Origin: Amphiscolops sp. MND2022
Lineage: Eukaryota
Direction of reading: 5' to 3'
Assembly (NCBI GenBank): GCA_964187785.1
Contig: OZ076409.1
Coordinates: forward strand, 6,698,001-6,762,000
Length of the DNA: 64,000 nucleotides
In this document: piece by piece, positions 25,319 through 40,300 of the stretch
How positions within the stretch are numbered: the stretch's first letter is position 1
How the letters are laid out: every line of letters begins with the position of its first letter
Program-made: the position numbers and the translations under genes
Notes under the pieces: model-generated
What the model was told of the DNA's origin: nothing
Database searches by the model: none
Seen by the model: the letters and a program-made list of their open reading frames with translations, nothing else

Positions 25319-28300
25319 ATGTCGTGGGCACGACAACTCATAGAGAACCGGCTGCAGAATGCAAGAGACAACTTGGACGTGCTCGACAAGAACCTCAAAC
25401 GCATCAGTGGCAAGTCTGACGCCAGGTACAAACAAATCATTGTCGTTCGCTTGTTCCTCGTGTTATTCATGCTGCTCATACCACTTCGATAAGCGTAATC
25501 ACAGTTTTGACACCGCTAATCAGCAAATTAGCGGCCGCGCAGATTCCCAATTCAACAAAAATTCCTGAGAAAATTCACGAATTTTTAAAATGAATTGAAA
25601 GAAATTGCAACTGTTCATCTGTGAAACCCACCTAGTATGAATTTTTTTCTTGCAAAAATTGAATTAAGTTGTCGTTTATATTTTAAGCATTCTTGGATTC
25701 AATTTTTAATGGTTTGAAGAAAAGCTTTTTCAGCGAAATAGCGATTTTGAAAATGGCGGTTTAGCGAAAAAAAGTTAGCGATGTTAAAACTCGAATAAGT
25801 GTACTACCTGATTCGAATCATTTAGACTCGAAAATTGCAACTGACATTTTTTGGGTCGAATTATTTAGGATCGAATTTTACACTACAGCACATAGCTTTG
25901 TATCAATGTATAATTGAAATTTAATGAAATTTTCACTTCTCCCGATCCTAGATAAAATCAAAGTCCCAATTCGATCCCAGATAACTTTTTCGATCCGTGC
26001 CATAATTCGGCTCTGCGCAGCAATCCCGTAATAAGTTGATGTCTTACCAGCAAGGTATACACTACGGTACCGAAAAGGTGAAATTGTTGAATTCAGAATC
26101 AGTATGAAAATAAATACATCAATAAAAGGCGTTATAATCAATTTAATCAAATGGAAATACCAAATGTTTACTGTGTATGTGGGAGACATCTGCCTAGGAT
26201 CCCGTGTAGAAAGGGTATTTCCAAAAAAAATTGTCCCATTTGGGAAGAACTTCCCTCCTCGAGGAATAAGAGGGTGCCAGAAAGCTTCGGTACGAAAATT
26301 TGGCTAACGAAAATTTTCAAAGCGCCCAATCTTTTAATATTTTTTGTTTTGAAATTGAATCAAACTTTTAAAATTTATAAAACTTTGTTTTTCGAGGAAT
26401 TTTGGAAATTCTTGAATTTTCTTAAGCAATATCTCAAACTACTGGCCAGAAGAAAACATTAAAAACAAAATCATTTTTGTAGCCGACACCGTTCTTTAAC
26501 TTTCAGTTTTATAATTTATTCTAAAAGTCTTTTCCTAAAAATGAACAACCAAAAACACTAGGAATTTCGTTAAAACAAATTTTTACGGAGTAGAAGTTGA
26601 AGATTTCGCATTTTGTGATCATTTTGCAGTGTAAATGTTTGAGGAGGGCGTTTTCGGAAAGAGTTCAATTTAAAAGTTATAGATTTGAATCAAAGTTGAA
26701 AGTTTGTCTCAAACAATTTTGTTGAAAAAAGCAGTTCTCGAGATATTGCATGATAGATTTCGAAAATCACCAAAAGTCAGAAATTAGCGACTGCGTTTGT
26801 TAGCTACTAACTTTTAATTTTGTGCGAGTTCAAAACAAAAAATGCCTCCGATTCTGAGTGAATTTTGAAAATGTCTTTGAAAATTCTCTAATGACTTTTG
26901 TGTTTATTGGTTATGATGTACCAATATATTGCGATTTGAGATTTGAAATCAAGTGTCTTCAGCTTTTTGGTTCCCTAGCGTTTGATCTGAATTATCAGTG
27001 TCTACTTGATTTTACAAACACTGAATTGTGTCCAGTGTTTGGTTGCTACAGGTTTAATGATTTTTTTTGTTTTTTTCAGCATGCCGAACTCGGCTCGTCG
27101 TCGAATTGGTGGCCCAACCACAGGACAACTTTCTGTGAAAGCCCGGTAAGTTGCGTCACTCATTACGTAATCTCACTCATTACGTCATTTGGGATCTTTT
27201 CTGTTGAACTGAGTATAGTGTAACTTGAAGTTAACCCTAATCAACCCAGCGGTACTTTATTAAAGCAACATACCTTTTTTTCATTTTCTGATCCGTTTTG
27301 CCAATAGCCCATATTCTCTAGCACAGTGTTTTCTCAACAATTCATTTGGTACCTAGATTGGTTTGAATGGCACAAGCATAGGAAAAAGTGAATGTCTCCA
27401 AAATTGAGAAAAGTGAGTATTTTGCACAAAAAATGGCCATTTTTTCTAAATTTCCGTTTTCGGCGAAATCCAGTTTTTTCAAAAGTTCTTGACCCATTGC
27501 AAAAACCAACCCATTGCACAACAAGTTCTCACGCAACATCCCAATAATGTTATGTTGTTACTACAAGCCCCCGCGGTGCCGGAAAAAGAAACCTGAAGGG
27601 GCGCGCGGCGACAGGGTTCATCTGACAAAATGAAAGGCCAATACCAGACCTTTCAAACGCGCTATAGTTCGTTTCGCTGGTACGCGTAGTTGTGGAAATA
27701 TTGATGATTTAAAATTTTTGTCAAATTTTTTGAAAATTTACAAAATCGCCGGGGTCAATTAGGGTTAATGAACGCGAAACATTTACCAGGAGATCCCGAC
27801 GGACGAAATAGACAAAATACTTGAATCAGAAAATTCGATATTCTGTTAGAGTTGCTCGCATGTAAATATCAGTATAGCTTAGATGTACTGATATTTACAT
27901 GCTAGCAACTCTAACAGTACACAGAAAAGTTCCTCAATCAAATCATATCAGCATCAGGTGATTTGGGGGCAAATGATTGACTGAAAATTTTTCAAAAATA
28001 TTTGTTCATATTGTGAAAATTAAGAAAAAGTTCAAATTTGTCGAAATTTATAATTTCTTCTGTAATTTTGGTCGCAGAAATTTTGTAAACTAGATAAAAT
28101 TGTCAGAAACTTTCCCAACTGACAATTTGTCGTATTTGTGATAGTTTTCAAGATATTTAGGTTTGAAATTTGCACTTGTAAGCAATGAAGTTGCGATATT
28201 GTACAGTTGTGATATTTCTAAAAGCAACAAATGGCAAATCTCAAAATCGAATATCTCTAAAACAGCAGCGATTCTCGAAAAATGATAAAAGTGAAAGTTT

Positions 28301-31300
28301 CTTAGATTTTTATCTAGTTTACAAATATGTTTATTTGAAGGTTATGCGATGAAAATTGTAGAAGTTACGATAGGCTATTTTTAACCAAATTTAGGTCAAA
28401 ATTGAGGTTTTTCTCACTTTTAGTCAACTTTTGCTTGAAACTTTAGAGACATTTTATGTGCAATCGACTCCCCTGATTAATCTGAGGCCCTTGATATGTT
28501 TTGATTTAGAAATCATCCTAAAATGGTAGAAAAAATACGCTGTAAAATTAGACTTTTCAAAAATACATGTATTAAGATATGATTTTGAAGTTTATCAACC
28601 TAAAACAAGGTCACACTAATACAATTGAGAATATTTTCGAGAAAAAATAATATCGTCAGATTCGAAATGTTTGGGAGGATTTTTCTGTCAAAATTATTTT
28701 GAAATCAAAAAATTGTAAGTGGGTCAAAAATTCAAAAAAAAACAAAAAATGATGTTTTGGAAATCGCTCTCGACCAATGAAATGAGCGCGTGAGACCTTG
28801 ATCAGCCAATGATATTTGTTTATTTGCTTTCTTTTCGCGTGCTATGTTGCTTCTTCTAGAATCACTACTGTAGAACGCTAGTGTTTATCGAACTACAGTC
28901 AAACTCGGATAAAAGAAACTCATAGGGCGGTAGGAAAAGAGTTTCTTTTATCCATAGTTTCTTTTATCAGTTGTCCTATTAACGTAGAAAGTTTGTCTTG
29001 CATAAAATCGGAGGAGTGAAAACGTTTCTTATATCCGAATGTTTCTTTTATCCGTGTTTCTTTTATCCGAGTTCGACTGTATCTGATTCAAGTATTTGTC
29101 TAAGCTATCAATCATTTTACTCCTAATCGATAATTTCTTTTGATTCTTAGGTTTGCGACAATTTATCTAAGTTTTAATGTGTCCGATTCTTTCAGGTTGC
29201 AGCCACCCGTTCAGTCGGCCGTGGGAAGAGCTCCAGCATCCACACGGTTAGAACTTGAGGCTCAATGTTCAGTCAATCCTAAGAATCTAGTTCAACATTT
29301 CCATTGAGAAAACTAAACTCTCATCAGTCTCACAGGATTTGGAAGCAACCAAAGATGTCACCCTCAAGACTCGGAAAACGGTTCTCCTTGACAGAAAACC
29401 TAAAAACTTGTAATAGAAAAATGGTCATTTCAAATTTCTTTGATAAGTCGCATAGTACCCAATAAGTCTAAGGGGTCCACCATGCTCGAGAAACGCTCTG
29501 TTTCTCCTGAAAATTGAAATTTGGTGTCGTATAGTTGAAGGGAAAGGTGTTAAAACATGCCCGAAAATATATCCTCGCGAGGTACATGACAGTGTGCTTC
29601 AGTAAAAAATCAGAGAAAAGTCGCATAGTACCGAAAAAAAGCCAAAGGCGGCCACCCTTTGGCCTTTCCTCTACCTTTGCGAGCATAAAAAACTTTTATT
29701 TCTGCATAACTCGAACTCACGCACTCCTGCTTCTCAGACCTCAGTCATCAGACTGGAATTTGAAATTAATAAAAGCGCTTGAGAATGACTGGAGAAAAAC
29801 TTGCCACTGTAAAAATCGTGCACTTTTTTCGAAAAGCGTCGACTGAAAAGATGATCTTTCATTATGAAATTGAAAGAATTTTTTCCTGCAATTTTGCCTG
29901 CAACTATTGACAATGGCAAATCCCGCGTAGTTGTTAATGGCACTCGATTTGAAAACAGGAGTATGCGGGTTCGAATCCCACACAAGACATGGAAAATGTG
30001 CTATTTTTGATTTATTGACGTCATTTTCGAATTTTCTACACTAAGATATACATTTTATCTCCACACGTCATTTCCATTTTGAGGAATAGGCAATCTGTGT
30101 CCCTACGTGAATTTTTGACCCTTTTCCCCTCAAATTTTTCTGAATATTTTGTTTTGTTCTAATTGTGTTTTGAGTTGGTTACGATCTTGCGCTGTTTGCC
30201 AGTAATTACTTAAAACAAGCCGGGAACGGCCCAAGTCAGCACCCGCTCAATGTTCAAAAAAGTAAAAGTTTTTTAAATATGCAAAAGGACAGTTTTGTTT
30301 AAATTGCATCAGCTTTTCAATGCCAAAAAATACTCCAAGGGATACGCATAAGACTCCAAAACCACTTTTTTTCCCAACTGGAGACTTTCAAAAAGGAAGA
30401 ATTGAGGAAAAAAATTCCGAATTTTTGAATTTTTTTATATAGGTCTCCGGTAAGTCGCCTAGTGCCGAAAACCACGAGGAGTCCTGTATGCTTGCAAAAA
30501 GTTTCGTTCCTATTAAAAATTCAGAGGGCTTTGATAAAAACAAATAGGAAAAATTCACGCGTCTTAAAAAACAAAATTCGGATAAAAGCGTGCTGAGAAA
30601 ACCTAATTTTAAGACGGCAAAGAATAATATTGTTAAGTCTAAATGCCGAAAATTGCAAAAGGGGGAGCCTTTGGGCTTTTTGAAAATCCAGTTTGTTGCA
30701 AAATATCAAAACAATTGACGGGGGACCCTTTGGAAACAAAAACAATCTGAAAAAAGTCACAAAGTCGAAAAAATTGATAATGGAGACCCTTTAAACTCGT
30801 CCGGTTTTAAATGCACGAAAAAGTTCCTAGCTGAAGCAGGGACTCGAACGCGCGACCACTGGGTTTCTCCTAATCCGATTGGTAGAGGGTACACGTTAGA
30901 AAGCAGCAGCTTATAAAATCTGTCAGTTCGTTGGTCTTAAAAGTGTCACTACTATAGTATGCTCTTTCTACGAAAGTGCCGACTAAACAGTAGTCTTGGC
31001 CCAGTGGACAGTTGGCGTGGCTTAAAAGCAAACAGTATGCTGGTCCCAATTCCATGCGGAACTAAATTTATTCTCATTTTTTCAAAGCAGGACGAGATGA
31101 TTTTATTTTTCGGGACTGTGCAATTGGAAATTTTTCCATTCCGAGCCAAAAGGGTCCCCTTTGTTTCAATCATGGGCACTTTTTCGATTTTTTTTTGGTT
31201 TCACCAGAGTCCCCCTCTGAGTTTTTCAGTTGAATAAAAGTTTTCAGTTGACAAAAAGCGTTAATTAAACCTGAAGGATCCTCGCTCGGGATGGATTTTT

Positions 31301-34300
31301 TTGCTCCAAACAATACCAAAACCCTTTTCCCATTTCACAAAGAAAACGCTTTGTTCAAATAGACTTTTCCGAATTGTATTAGAACTTGCCAGGGAAAATG
31401 CGGGGGTTGTAACTCAAGCAGTGTCGAAAATAAACTTGAACGTATTCAACCACCAGAAATGCGCTAAATCCGAAATGACGTTATTTCCGATTCATAAACA
31501 ATCTTGCCAAAAAGTTGGCGGGCGTTCGCATTTTACTAGTGTCGAGCTTTTGTATTTTTCCAAATTGGACCATTTTACTACTTGTTTCTGACAACATATT
31601 TTACAATGAAATTGCGGTGTATTCAAATGTCATATTTTGGTCTTGGGAAGAAGTGGTGGAATTACTTGGAGATTTCATACTTGATAAAAAGTGGTTTTCA
31701 GATTTGCTGAGGCTTTTTTGTTGAGATTATTTATTTTCAAAAAGTAAGGCTTCCAAGTGATTTAGTGTTTCCTAAAGACGCCTTTCAACGGCATACAAAA
31801 AAAATGCAGTTCCACTGCGCCTCTTGTTGATGTTTAAAATGGAAATCGTACTTTATAGTTCAAGTCTAATTTTGAGCTGGATTAAAATTTTTATTTTCTT
31901 CAGTTTTCGTTTACATCTTTTATTCTGAGAGCGTAACATATAGAAATTGAATGTGGCAGATTTCGTCCCAGACAGATTTCGTCCGACGTCGAATTTTGAC
32001 AGATTTCGTCCCAAACAGATTTCCTCCCATTTTTAACAGATTTCGTCCCATTTTTGACAGATTTCGTCCCACACAGATTTCGTCCCATTTTAGACAGATT
32101 TCGTCCCATTTTGACAGATTTCGTCCCATTTTTGACAGATTTTGTCCCGGATTACTAATAGTATGGGAAATTATTCTATGCTATACACAAAATTAAGCGC
32201 TAATCGGTATAATCTATTCGGTGATTCTTCATTCGGTGCTGTTACAGCCAATATGTATGGAACTTGATTTTTTTGAAGAGGTTAGCATATTCGTTGTATG
32301 GCTCGGTCGCTTCGCTCCCTTCGCCAAGTAGCAACATTGAGGCATGGCCATATGGCACGTCGCTCCGCTTCGCTTCGCTCCTGCATTTAGGGCACTAGGG
32401 GTATGTGAACATAGCTGACTACGTTATAATAATTATTTGGGACGAAATCTGTCAAAAATGGGACGAAATCTGTTTTAATGTTAAAAAATGGGACGAAATC
32501 TGTGTGGGACGAAATCTGTCAAAATTTCGATGTGGGACGAAATCTGTTTGGGACGAAATTTGTCACTCCCATAGAAATTAGGCCGATCTCATGGAAGATT
32601 GTCAACTTTCATTGACTGAAATTCCGCCGTTTTACCCCTGCCCGTTCAATATTTCCTGAAATATCAGTGTTTTGAACAGAAATCAAAGTTTTTGGACCCT
32701 GTTCAGTAAAAGCTTGTTCTATCGCTTTATCAAAATTGAACTTTATCGATTTTTAAACTAAAAAGTGTGTATCCATCCCCAAATAAGTTATCGATTGCGT
32801 CATCGAGCACGCTTTGACTGAGATTGTGTGTCGAAATCTTTCAAGTTGGAATCTCCTAGATCACGATCCCCTAAATAGAATGAAATCGAAACATTGGTGG
32901 TATGACCGGGCTTTGCTCCTTCCGAGGCCCTTCGCTTACCTTTGCGTCGACCTTGTCAAAAACCGTCACTGAATCAGCAAATACACGTCGCTTCGCTCCA
33001 ACATATAGGGCACAATAGTTATGCACAATTGGCATGTTTTAAAACAATTATCATTTCTGTTTATTTACAAAGACCTCTCAGTTGTGCAGAATCTTGTTTC
33101 TCAGCAAATTATCCGCAGAGCTGATAGATATGACACCGTCTTCAGTTGGTCTGGAGAGGATTTTTTCATCCATGGGCCGGCCACTCACATTGTGAAATTC
33201 GGAATAGACGACTGAAACTTGACAAAAACCAGTCCTTAAAGTGCCCTTTTTTGTATGCGCTCGCTGAATTCAGCTTCATTTTCTGAGTAGTTCTTGTGAC
33301 AATGAAGTGAATTGAGTTTGCAGCTCTCAAATTCGTTTTAAAACGTTTTCATACGTTTAAACCGTTGTAAATGTATAAAAGTACGTATTTAACGTTTTTC
33401 AACCAACGTAAATTACCCAACTAAACTTCTATTAATTCAAATTACTCTAAAATACGATTCAATGAGATCTATGAACAGAATATGAAGCAATTTTGACATC
33501 GCTAATTTGTTTTCGCTAAACCGCTAATTTCAACAAGACGGGAACGTCTAAAGTCGGCGCCATATCTGAGGCTCAAAAAGCGCAAAAAAAGTTTGGAAAA
33601 AAATTGAAATTTTTTGAAAAATTTTTTTCTTTCAAAAAAAGTCGCATAGTGCCGAAAAATGTAAAAGGGGGATCCTTCTGGATTTATTAACATACATTCC
33701 GTTGCAAAATATCAAAAAACTCGAAGGGGGGACCCTTTGGGGACAAAAAAAATTTTCGAAAAAAAGTCGCACAGTGCCGAAAAAAACTCAAAGGGGGGAC
33801 CCTATAGTCTCGTCCTGTTTTGTATCTTACGATAAAAATGGACTTACTGAAAGGGGGGGCCCTTTGCACTATCTCAAATGCGCTGCCAGTATTTTAGTAG
33901 TACTGTATTTAGTAGTTGAACGTTAATTTTAACGTTCGTCGCTTCGAGTCTGTCTTAAATAAAACAAGACGGGAACGTCTCAAGTCGGCGCTATATCTAA
34001 GGCTCAAAAAGCGCAAAACATTTTTTTTGGAAAAAAACTTGAAATTTTCGAAAAAAAATTTCTTTCGGAAAATGTGGCACAGTGCCGAAAAATGTAAAAG
34101 GGGGGACCCATTTTGATTTATAAACACGCATTCTGTAGCAAAATAACAAAAAACTCAAAGGGGGGACCCTTTGGGGACATTAAAAAAATTTCGGAAAAAA
34201 GTCTCACAGTGCCGAAAAAAAATCGAAAAGGGGGGGGGGGGACTTTAGTCCCGTCCGGGCTTGTAGGTAACGTTTAAAAAGTAAATGAATGCGCTCCCCG

Positions 34301-37300
34301 TTTGCCTTTAGCGGTCCAGTAGTTTAGTACTGTATTTAGTAGTTGAACGTTAATTTTAACGTTCGTCGCTTCGAGTCTGTCTTAAATAAAAAAAAACGAG
34401 TGACTGTAATAGTCGGGCTCTTTTCTTAAGAAAAGCGCCGACTAAAAATGCTGTTTCGCTGAAAAACTTCTTCAATCTTATAAATGTTTGAATTCAAGGA
34501 TGTTTTGAATAAAACCAATAACTTTATTCAATTTTTACAAGGAAGAAGAAAGAATTTCTCTTACTGTGTGGGATTTACAAGTGTAAGAGTTGGAATTTTT
34601 CGAAATTCATTTGGAACCTCCGTGCATTGTCCGAGGAGGTGTCAAAACTTATTTAATTGAATTTCATGTTGTGTTCATAATTTTAAATGATTTTGTGCTT
34701 GTTAATTCTATGCTCTATTTCAATTTATACCAAACAAGACGCCCGCTAAGCACCGGGTTATTTTCTGCCCTGTTCGCCTTTACCAACTGAACCATAGCTA
34801 TTTTGGGAGGGGGGAATAGAATCTAAAGAATAAGATCTAAAATTTAGTGATTTTAGATCTTATTCCTTTTAGATCTTATTCCCGTCCTGAAATTTTAGAT
34901 CTTATTCCCTTTTTTGACTTTAGATATTATTCCCTCAAGTGAGTGAGAGAGCGTAGGTAGAGAAGAGTGAATGAAGTGAAGAGTCGATTTATGGCAGAAT
35001 TTGGGGAAAAACGCATCACGGATCATGATTTTCCTCTCCCATTGAAAATGTGGGGTCGGAAAATAATAAAGAAAAGCTACTACTGAGTTCGCGCTGTCAG
35101 CTATTTTAGTTAGTTGACTAGTAACTGAAATAGTCAAGTAACTAAATGCAAAATAGTCAAGTGGATTAAGTGGAGTTTTGGCAGAATTTGGAAAAAAACG
35201 CATCACAGATCATGATTTTCCTCCCCCATTTATAAAATGTGGGGTCGGAAAATAACTTTCCACCACCGTTTTTATAAGCGAACATGTTCGTTTATTTCAT
35301 TTCAAATTCGGAATCTATTGTTTTTTAGTCGGCGCTTCATGAAGTGAAACGCGACTATTATAGTGACTCTTTTTTTTTTTTCTTTTTCAATCCACACGAA
35401 CTGACCAAAATAGTTCTTAAAAGTTCTACAAAATATTATGGTGTCAAATAGCACCATTTGGCCTAGCGAACTGGACCAAAATGAATTTACCTGTTTTTCC
35501 GCGTAACATATCATACCGGGCGAGACCAAAGAGTCCCCCCTTTCATTTTTTTTCGGCACTGCGAGACATTTTTTTCGGATTTTTTTTTCGAAATTTTTTT
35601 TCCGCAAAGGGTCCCCCCTGCATTTTTTTTGATGTTTTGCGACAGAATGGATGTTGGAAAATCCCAAAGGGTTCCTCCTTTCAGTTTTTTTCGGCATTGT
35701 GAGATTTTCTCCCGAAAATAAAAAAATTTTTTTCTTCAATTTTTTCATGTTTTGCGACAGAATGGATGTTGAAAAACCTCAAAGGGTCCCCCTTTTCAGT
35801 TTTTCGGCATTGTGAGACGTTAGCGCGCCAGGGGCTCGCGGTAGCGAGCCCCGGCGCGCCACTCGGTCCATTTTTTTAGTATGTAATTTTTTCAAAAAAA
35901 AATTTCGAAAAATTTTCGAGTTTCGACTACTGTAAACGAATACTTGACACTTGGAAGTCTTTTTGCTATTTTTGAGCCTTGGATATGGCGCCGACTTGGG
36001 CCGGTCCCGGCTTGTTTAAAAATCTAGTATGAAGGCATAATAATGTTGAGATGTTGTTGCAGAGTGGATGTGAGGAGTAGAGACAAGGACGACCGAAAAG
36101 ACGACGGGTTCGAGAGCGAAGAAGAGGCCGAGGACTCAGCTGGCGCCCAGACTTTGGTATCTATCATCTCTGTTAATTAAGAGTTTCTTTCATCCAATCT
36201 GGTTACACTCAACTCCGCTTATAACGATTGCCCGATGACCGGCGTTTTTTAATCGTTATATCCGAATATAGTTATAAGGGAAAATCGTTATATACTAGCA
36301 TCGTGGCCGGGACCGTGAAACTCTATCGCTATAACCGGAATATCGTTATAAACGTAATCGTTATAAACGGAGTTGAGTGTACTTGATATTTCGTCCTATG
36401 CAATTTGAACCGTTGCCATTTCAACCGCTCACAATTTCCACATGGCATTTTCAACCTTTCGCAATTCTGACCTAAATCAATTTTGGCGAATTACTCCTAA
36501 TCCAGTTGAGTTATTATTTCATTAGAGTAGTTATCAACGAATCAAGCAGGCTTAATTAATGGTAACTGTTCATGAAGAAGCCAAAATTTCATCAAGTGGC
36601 GTAAAAATTTGCATAATTGGTTTCAGAAATGTATGAAAATGAAAACAACCTAAAAATAATTATATAACTAATAAGGATCAATTAACCAAAAGTAGTATAG
36701 GTCGGAATTGCAGAAAGTTGAAAATGATGTATGTCAAAATTGTGAGCGGTTGAAAAGACAACGTTTGAAATTGCATAGGATGAAATCTCCTGACACCATC
36801 CAATCTTTATCTTCTGTGTTTACTCAATGTGTTTATTGTTTTAGAAGTCCAATGTTAGCGTGGCAGCCAAGACTAATGAAGCCTCCTCAAAAGTCCTCTC
36901 CGATGATACTACTAAACAGAGGTATTTCTCTCCTGCTTTCTCTTTTTTTTCTGTTCTTCGTCCTCATCCTTATCTTCGTGGGACCGTGCGAAGCGAAACA
37001 ACGGGTGGTCTGCAACGGTAATGATGGCCCAAAGGAATCTAGGAAAACAACTCGTCGAAAAATACTAGGCGGAAAACTCGTCGAAAAGCAATTCGCCAAA
37101 CATTCTCCGGCGGCCAACATTTCAAGCACGTAAACATTTCAAGCAATTGTGTAAAGCTTTATAATGGGTAAAACTTAAAATTTCACGCATCAATAAGAAA
37201 AAGTAATCCATCATTAGCACTGTGTAGTCCTTGTGGCTAATCTGTAATTATTAGACGAGTTTGCACTCAATTATTATTCGACGAGTTAATTTTCTGCCAG

Positions 37301-40300
37301 TTTTCCGCCCTTCAATTTCGACGAGTTTTTTTCGACTACTTTTCCGCATACTGTACTGGCCTGAGTTAAAGGGGGCAATTTGATGAGGGGATGAAGAAAA
37401 GAAGAGTTTATCCTAAACCTAAGCAGAGGTAATTGCAAGCTGACTCCTATTCAGCAAGGGGTACCAACAAAAGCGAGAAATTTTGACCTCAGTTGTTTAT
37501 ACTTTAATCACATTTGCTCATTCTCGCACTCACTTGGGGTTTTTTTATATCAATCGTGCCACGGTTTTTGATAACCACCCCCCCATACGCACCAAACCCC
37601 TCACAAAAAATGATGCTTATTTTTGGTGGGGCTTGTGTTTTCCTTACAGACGAACTTTATGTGTGAAAATGCAAAATAAGTCATACAGTAGAAGCGCCCT
37701 TATAAAGGACCTGCTTTGGACCTAAAATGTGTCCGTTATAAAAACAATCCGTTGTAAAAACTTCCGTTCAATGGAATTCCAGGGATAATTGTACAAAATA
37801 GTCCGTTAGGAAACGTTTTATAGAAAATATACAGTATGCAGATTCAGCATAAATGGAAGTTGTTCAGTTGAAAATGTCATTTTTTTCAACTGTTTTCTTG
37901 AGCGTCGTATGTGAGTCATAACTGTATTACCAGGTTTCACTTTTCACGGAAATATTGTCCTCATTTGCCGTGACATCATGTTGAGATCCGTTATATAAAC
38001 ACATTTCGTATTTGGGAGATGAAATTTTTGTCCGTTATAAACACAATTGCGTTGTATAAGCGTTCGTCATATAGCTAAATAAAATCATGTAATGAATATT
38101 GTTCCAGCCAAGACTTTTTACATTTGTCCGTTACAAACCGAATTCCGTGATATAGCCATCCGTTATAAACGCATTCTTCTGTAGCAAAGATGTTGTGTGT
38201 AATCTTTCTAACAGATTTTTTTTTAACAATAACCGATTGAAAATTTTTAAAACCGAATCTGTTAAACCAATTTTCGCCATGAATCTGAATTTAACCAATT
38301 TTTGAACAAGTTTTTGTGGCGCATTAGGGAATACTTTTGTGACCATTTCCTAAAAGTTTTTGAAAACACAATAGGATGAATGGTTGGGAGTTCAGAAAAG
38401 GTGCGGAAACTAGGCATGACAGCCTAGACTTACTTGAGCTCCTAAACCATTTCTGAATTTTGTGTTTGGGACTTTAGTTTTGAACAGAGAAATGACAAAA
38501 TTTTCATTTTCAAATTTTAAAAAAATGGGTTTTTTAAAACCGAATCTGTTTAACATATTGTTTAATGGTTAAAAATGTTTAACAAGCCATTTTTTAAACC
38601 AATTTGTGAAACCAATGGTTAAACAAAAGGTTCAAATGTACATCACTGTACTGTATGTGGTATGACAATGTTTGAAGTTGCATGTGATTTCGTTTCAGAG
38701 GCCGGAGGTTTTTTGGCATGCTCACCCAGACGTTGCATTCGTTCCAAGAGAAGGAGAATGAGAAGAAGGTTATCTATCATCATCATCGATATTGTACTCC
38801 TGTTCATCTATGAAAGATAAGATTCTAGGGTTCACAAGATTTTGTTAGGATTTCTCAAATTCGAAATGGCCCCAAGTGGCTTATAGTTTGACTACATGTA
38901 TTATATCTTTCGGAAGTTCCCGAAAAATCACATTCGAATGTCAAAGTGAATTTTCCAGATATCATCTTTCACACGGGATATTCTGATGTGAAAAAGATGA
39001 AAAGTGCCGAACAAATTGAATAGTCATTCTCTAGACCATACACAAGTGTAAAGAAGTATGTGAGAAACAGTGTTTTTTTAAAAAAAAATGGTTCTATGTT
39101 TTTTCTTGTTTTGTTCATGAATAACCAAACCACTTTAAGAACCTTGACTATGGCACTAGTTGTTTTCCTTACACGGCTAATGACAGAAACTATTGTTGAA
39201 CAACATTTCTCACATGGTTCGTTGGTGTGTTCAGCCGGCGTTGGAGAAGCGACTGGAGGTAGAGAAGAAAGTGGAGGCGGCGGAGAGGCAGGAGAAGGCG
39301 GAGGCGGCCGTGGAGAGACGGGAGCTGTTCAAGGAGCGCATGCTCAGGGAAGAGGAGATTGCGCAGTTGAACGCAAAGATGGACCGTGCCCAAATGGTAA
39401 GAAACAATCACACCAGCCAGTATAAAATAACCCACTTTAGGTTGGCATCCGTTGGGTAAGGGCCCCTTCTCAAAATGCGACAATTGGTCTCTTCTGTGAA
39501 GAATGATTCTGTGAAGTCTTCTAGATCAAACCAAATCTTTTAAGTTTGTGGGCATCTAATATTGTGGGCAAGTTTTTAGGAGGCGGAAAAAATTTCGATT
39601 ACTTATGCTCTCGTACCTTTTTTTACCCCCGACCTTTCAATGAAAATTCCGAAATTTCTCAAACTGTCCATACACAGTCATTGTACACCCAAAGGTGCCT
39701 CTGCATGCGCAATGGCATCAAATCGTATAACCGGGATCTGCTAAGTCCAAAAATGACTCAAAAACGGACGTTTTTGGACTTTTTTCGATTTCTCAAAAAC
39801 TGTCCATACGATTCGAACAATTTTTTTAACAATCATACATCATAATCATATCAGAGTCCTATGTCTGCAATGACATCTGAATTGTGTGACTGGCATCTGA
39901 AAAACATAGCCAAGTTTAGTCCAAAATGACCAATTGACAATAAAGTAGATAATTTGTTTTTCAATATTTATTCCGTTTCCGGTCATGCAACACTGGCTGG
40001 TTCTTCTAATTCTTGAATTTTGCTTAAAGATTCAAGAGGCAGTAGTAGTAGTATACGACAAGGACCTAAAAGCCGGTCTCTATTTGAGTTCGGAAACCTA
40101 TTTACCGTGACGTAATTGTATAATGACGTAATGGTGGTTTTGTTTCTTTCAGCTGGAAGACTGGGAGTGTGCGATGCAGAAAACGAAAGGCAACATTCTC
40201 ACCAACTCCAGACCCCCTATCTTCTACAGACCCAACATGTTCAACAGCCGTCTCACTGAACTCCAGAAACGCACGGAGAAGTATATAGACAGTGAGCACT

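Noticed and set aside
31953..32145. Short repeats with variable spacers (superficially CRISPR-like), also at 23080-23130 and 40686-40760
   Set aside because: Eukaryotic context; the spacers are tiny and non-unique, and the repeats are subterminal arrays of TIR elements with TSDs.
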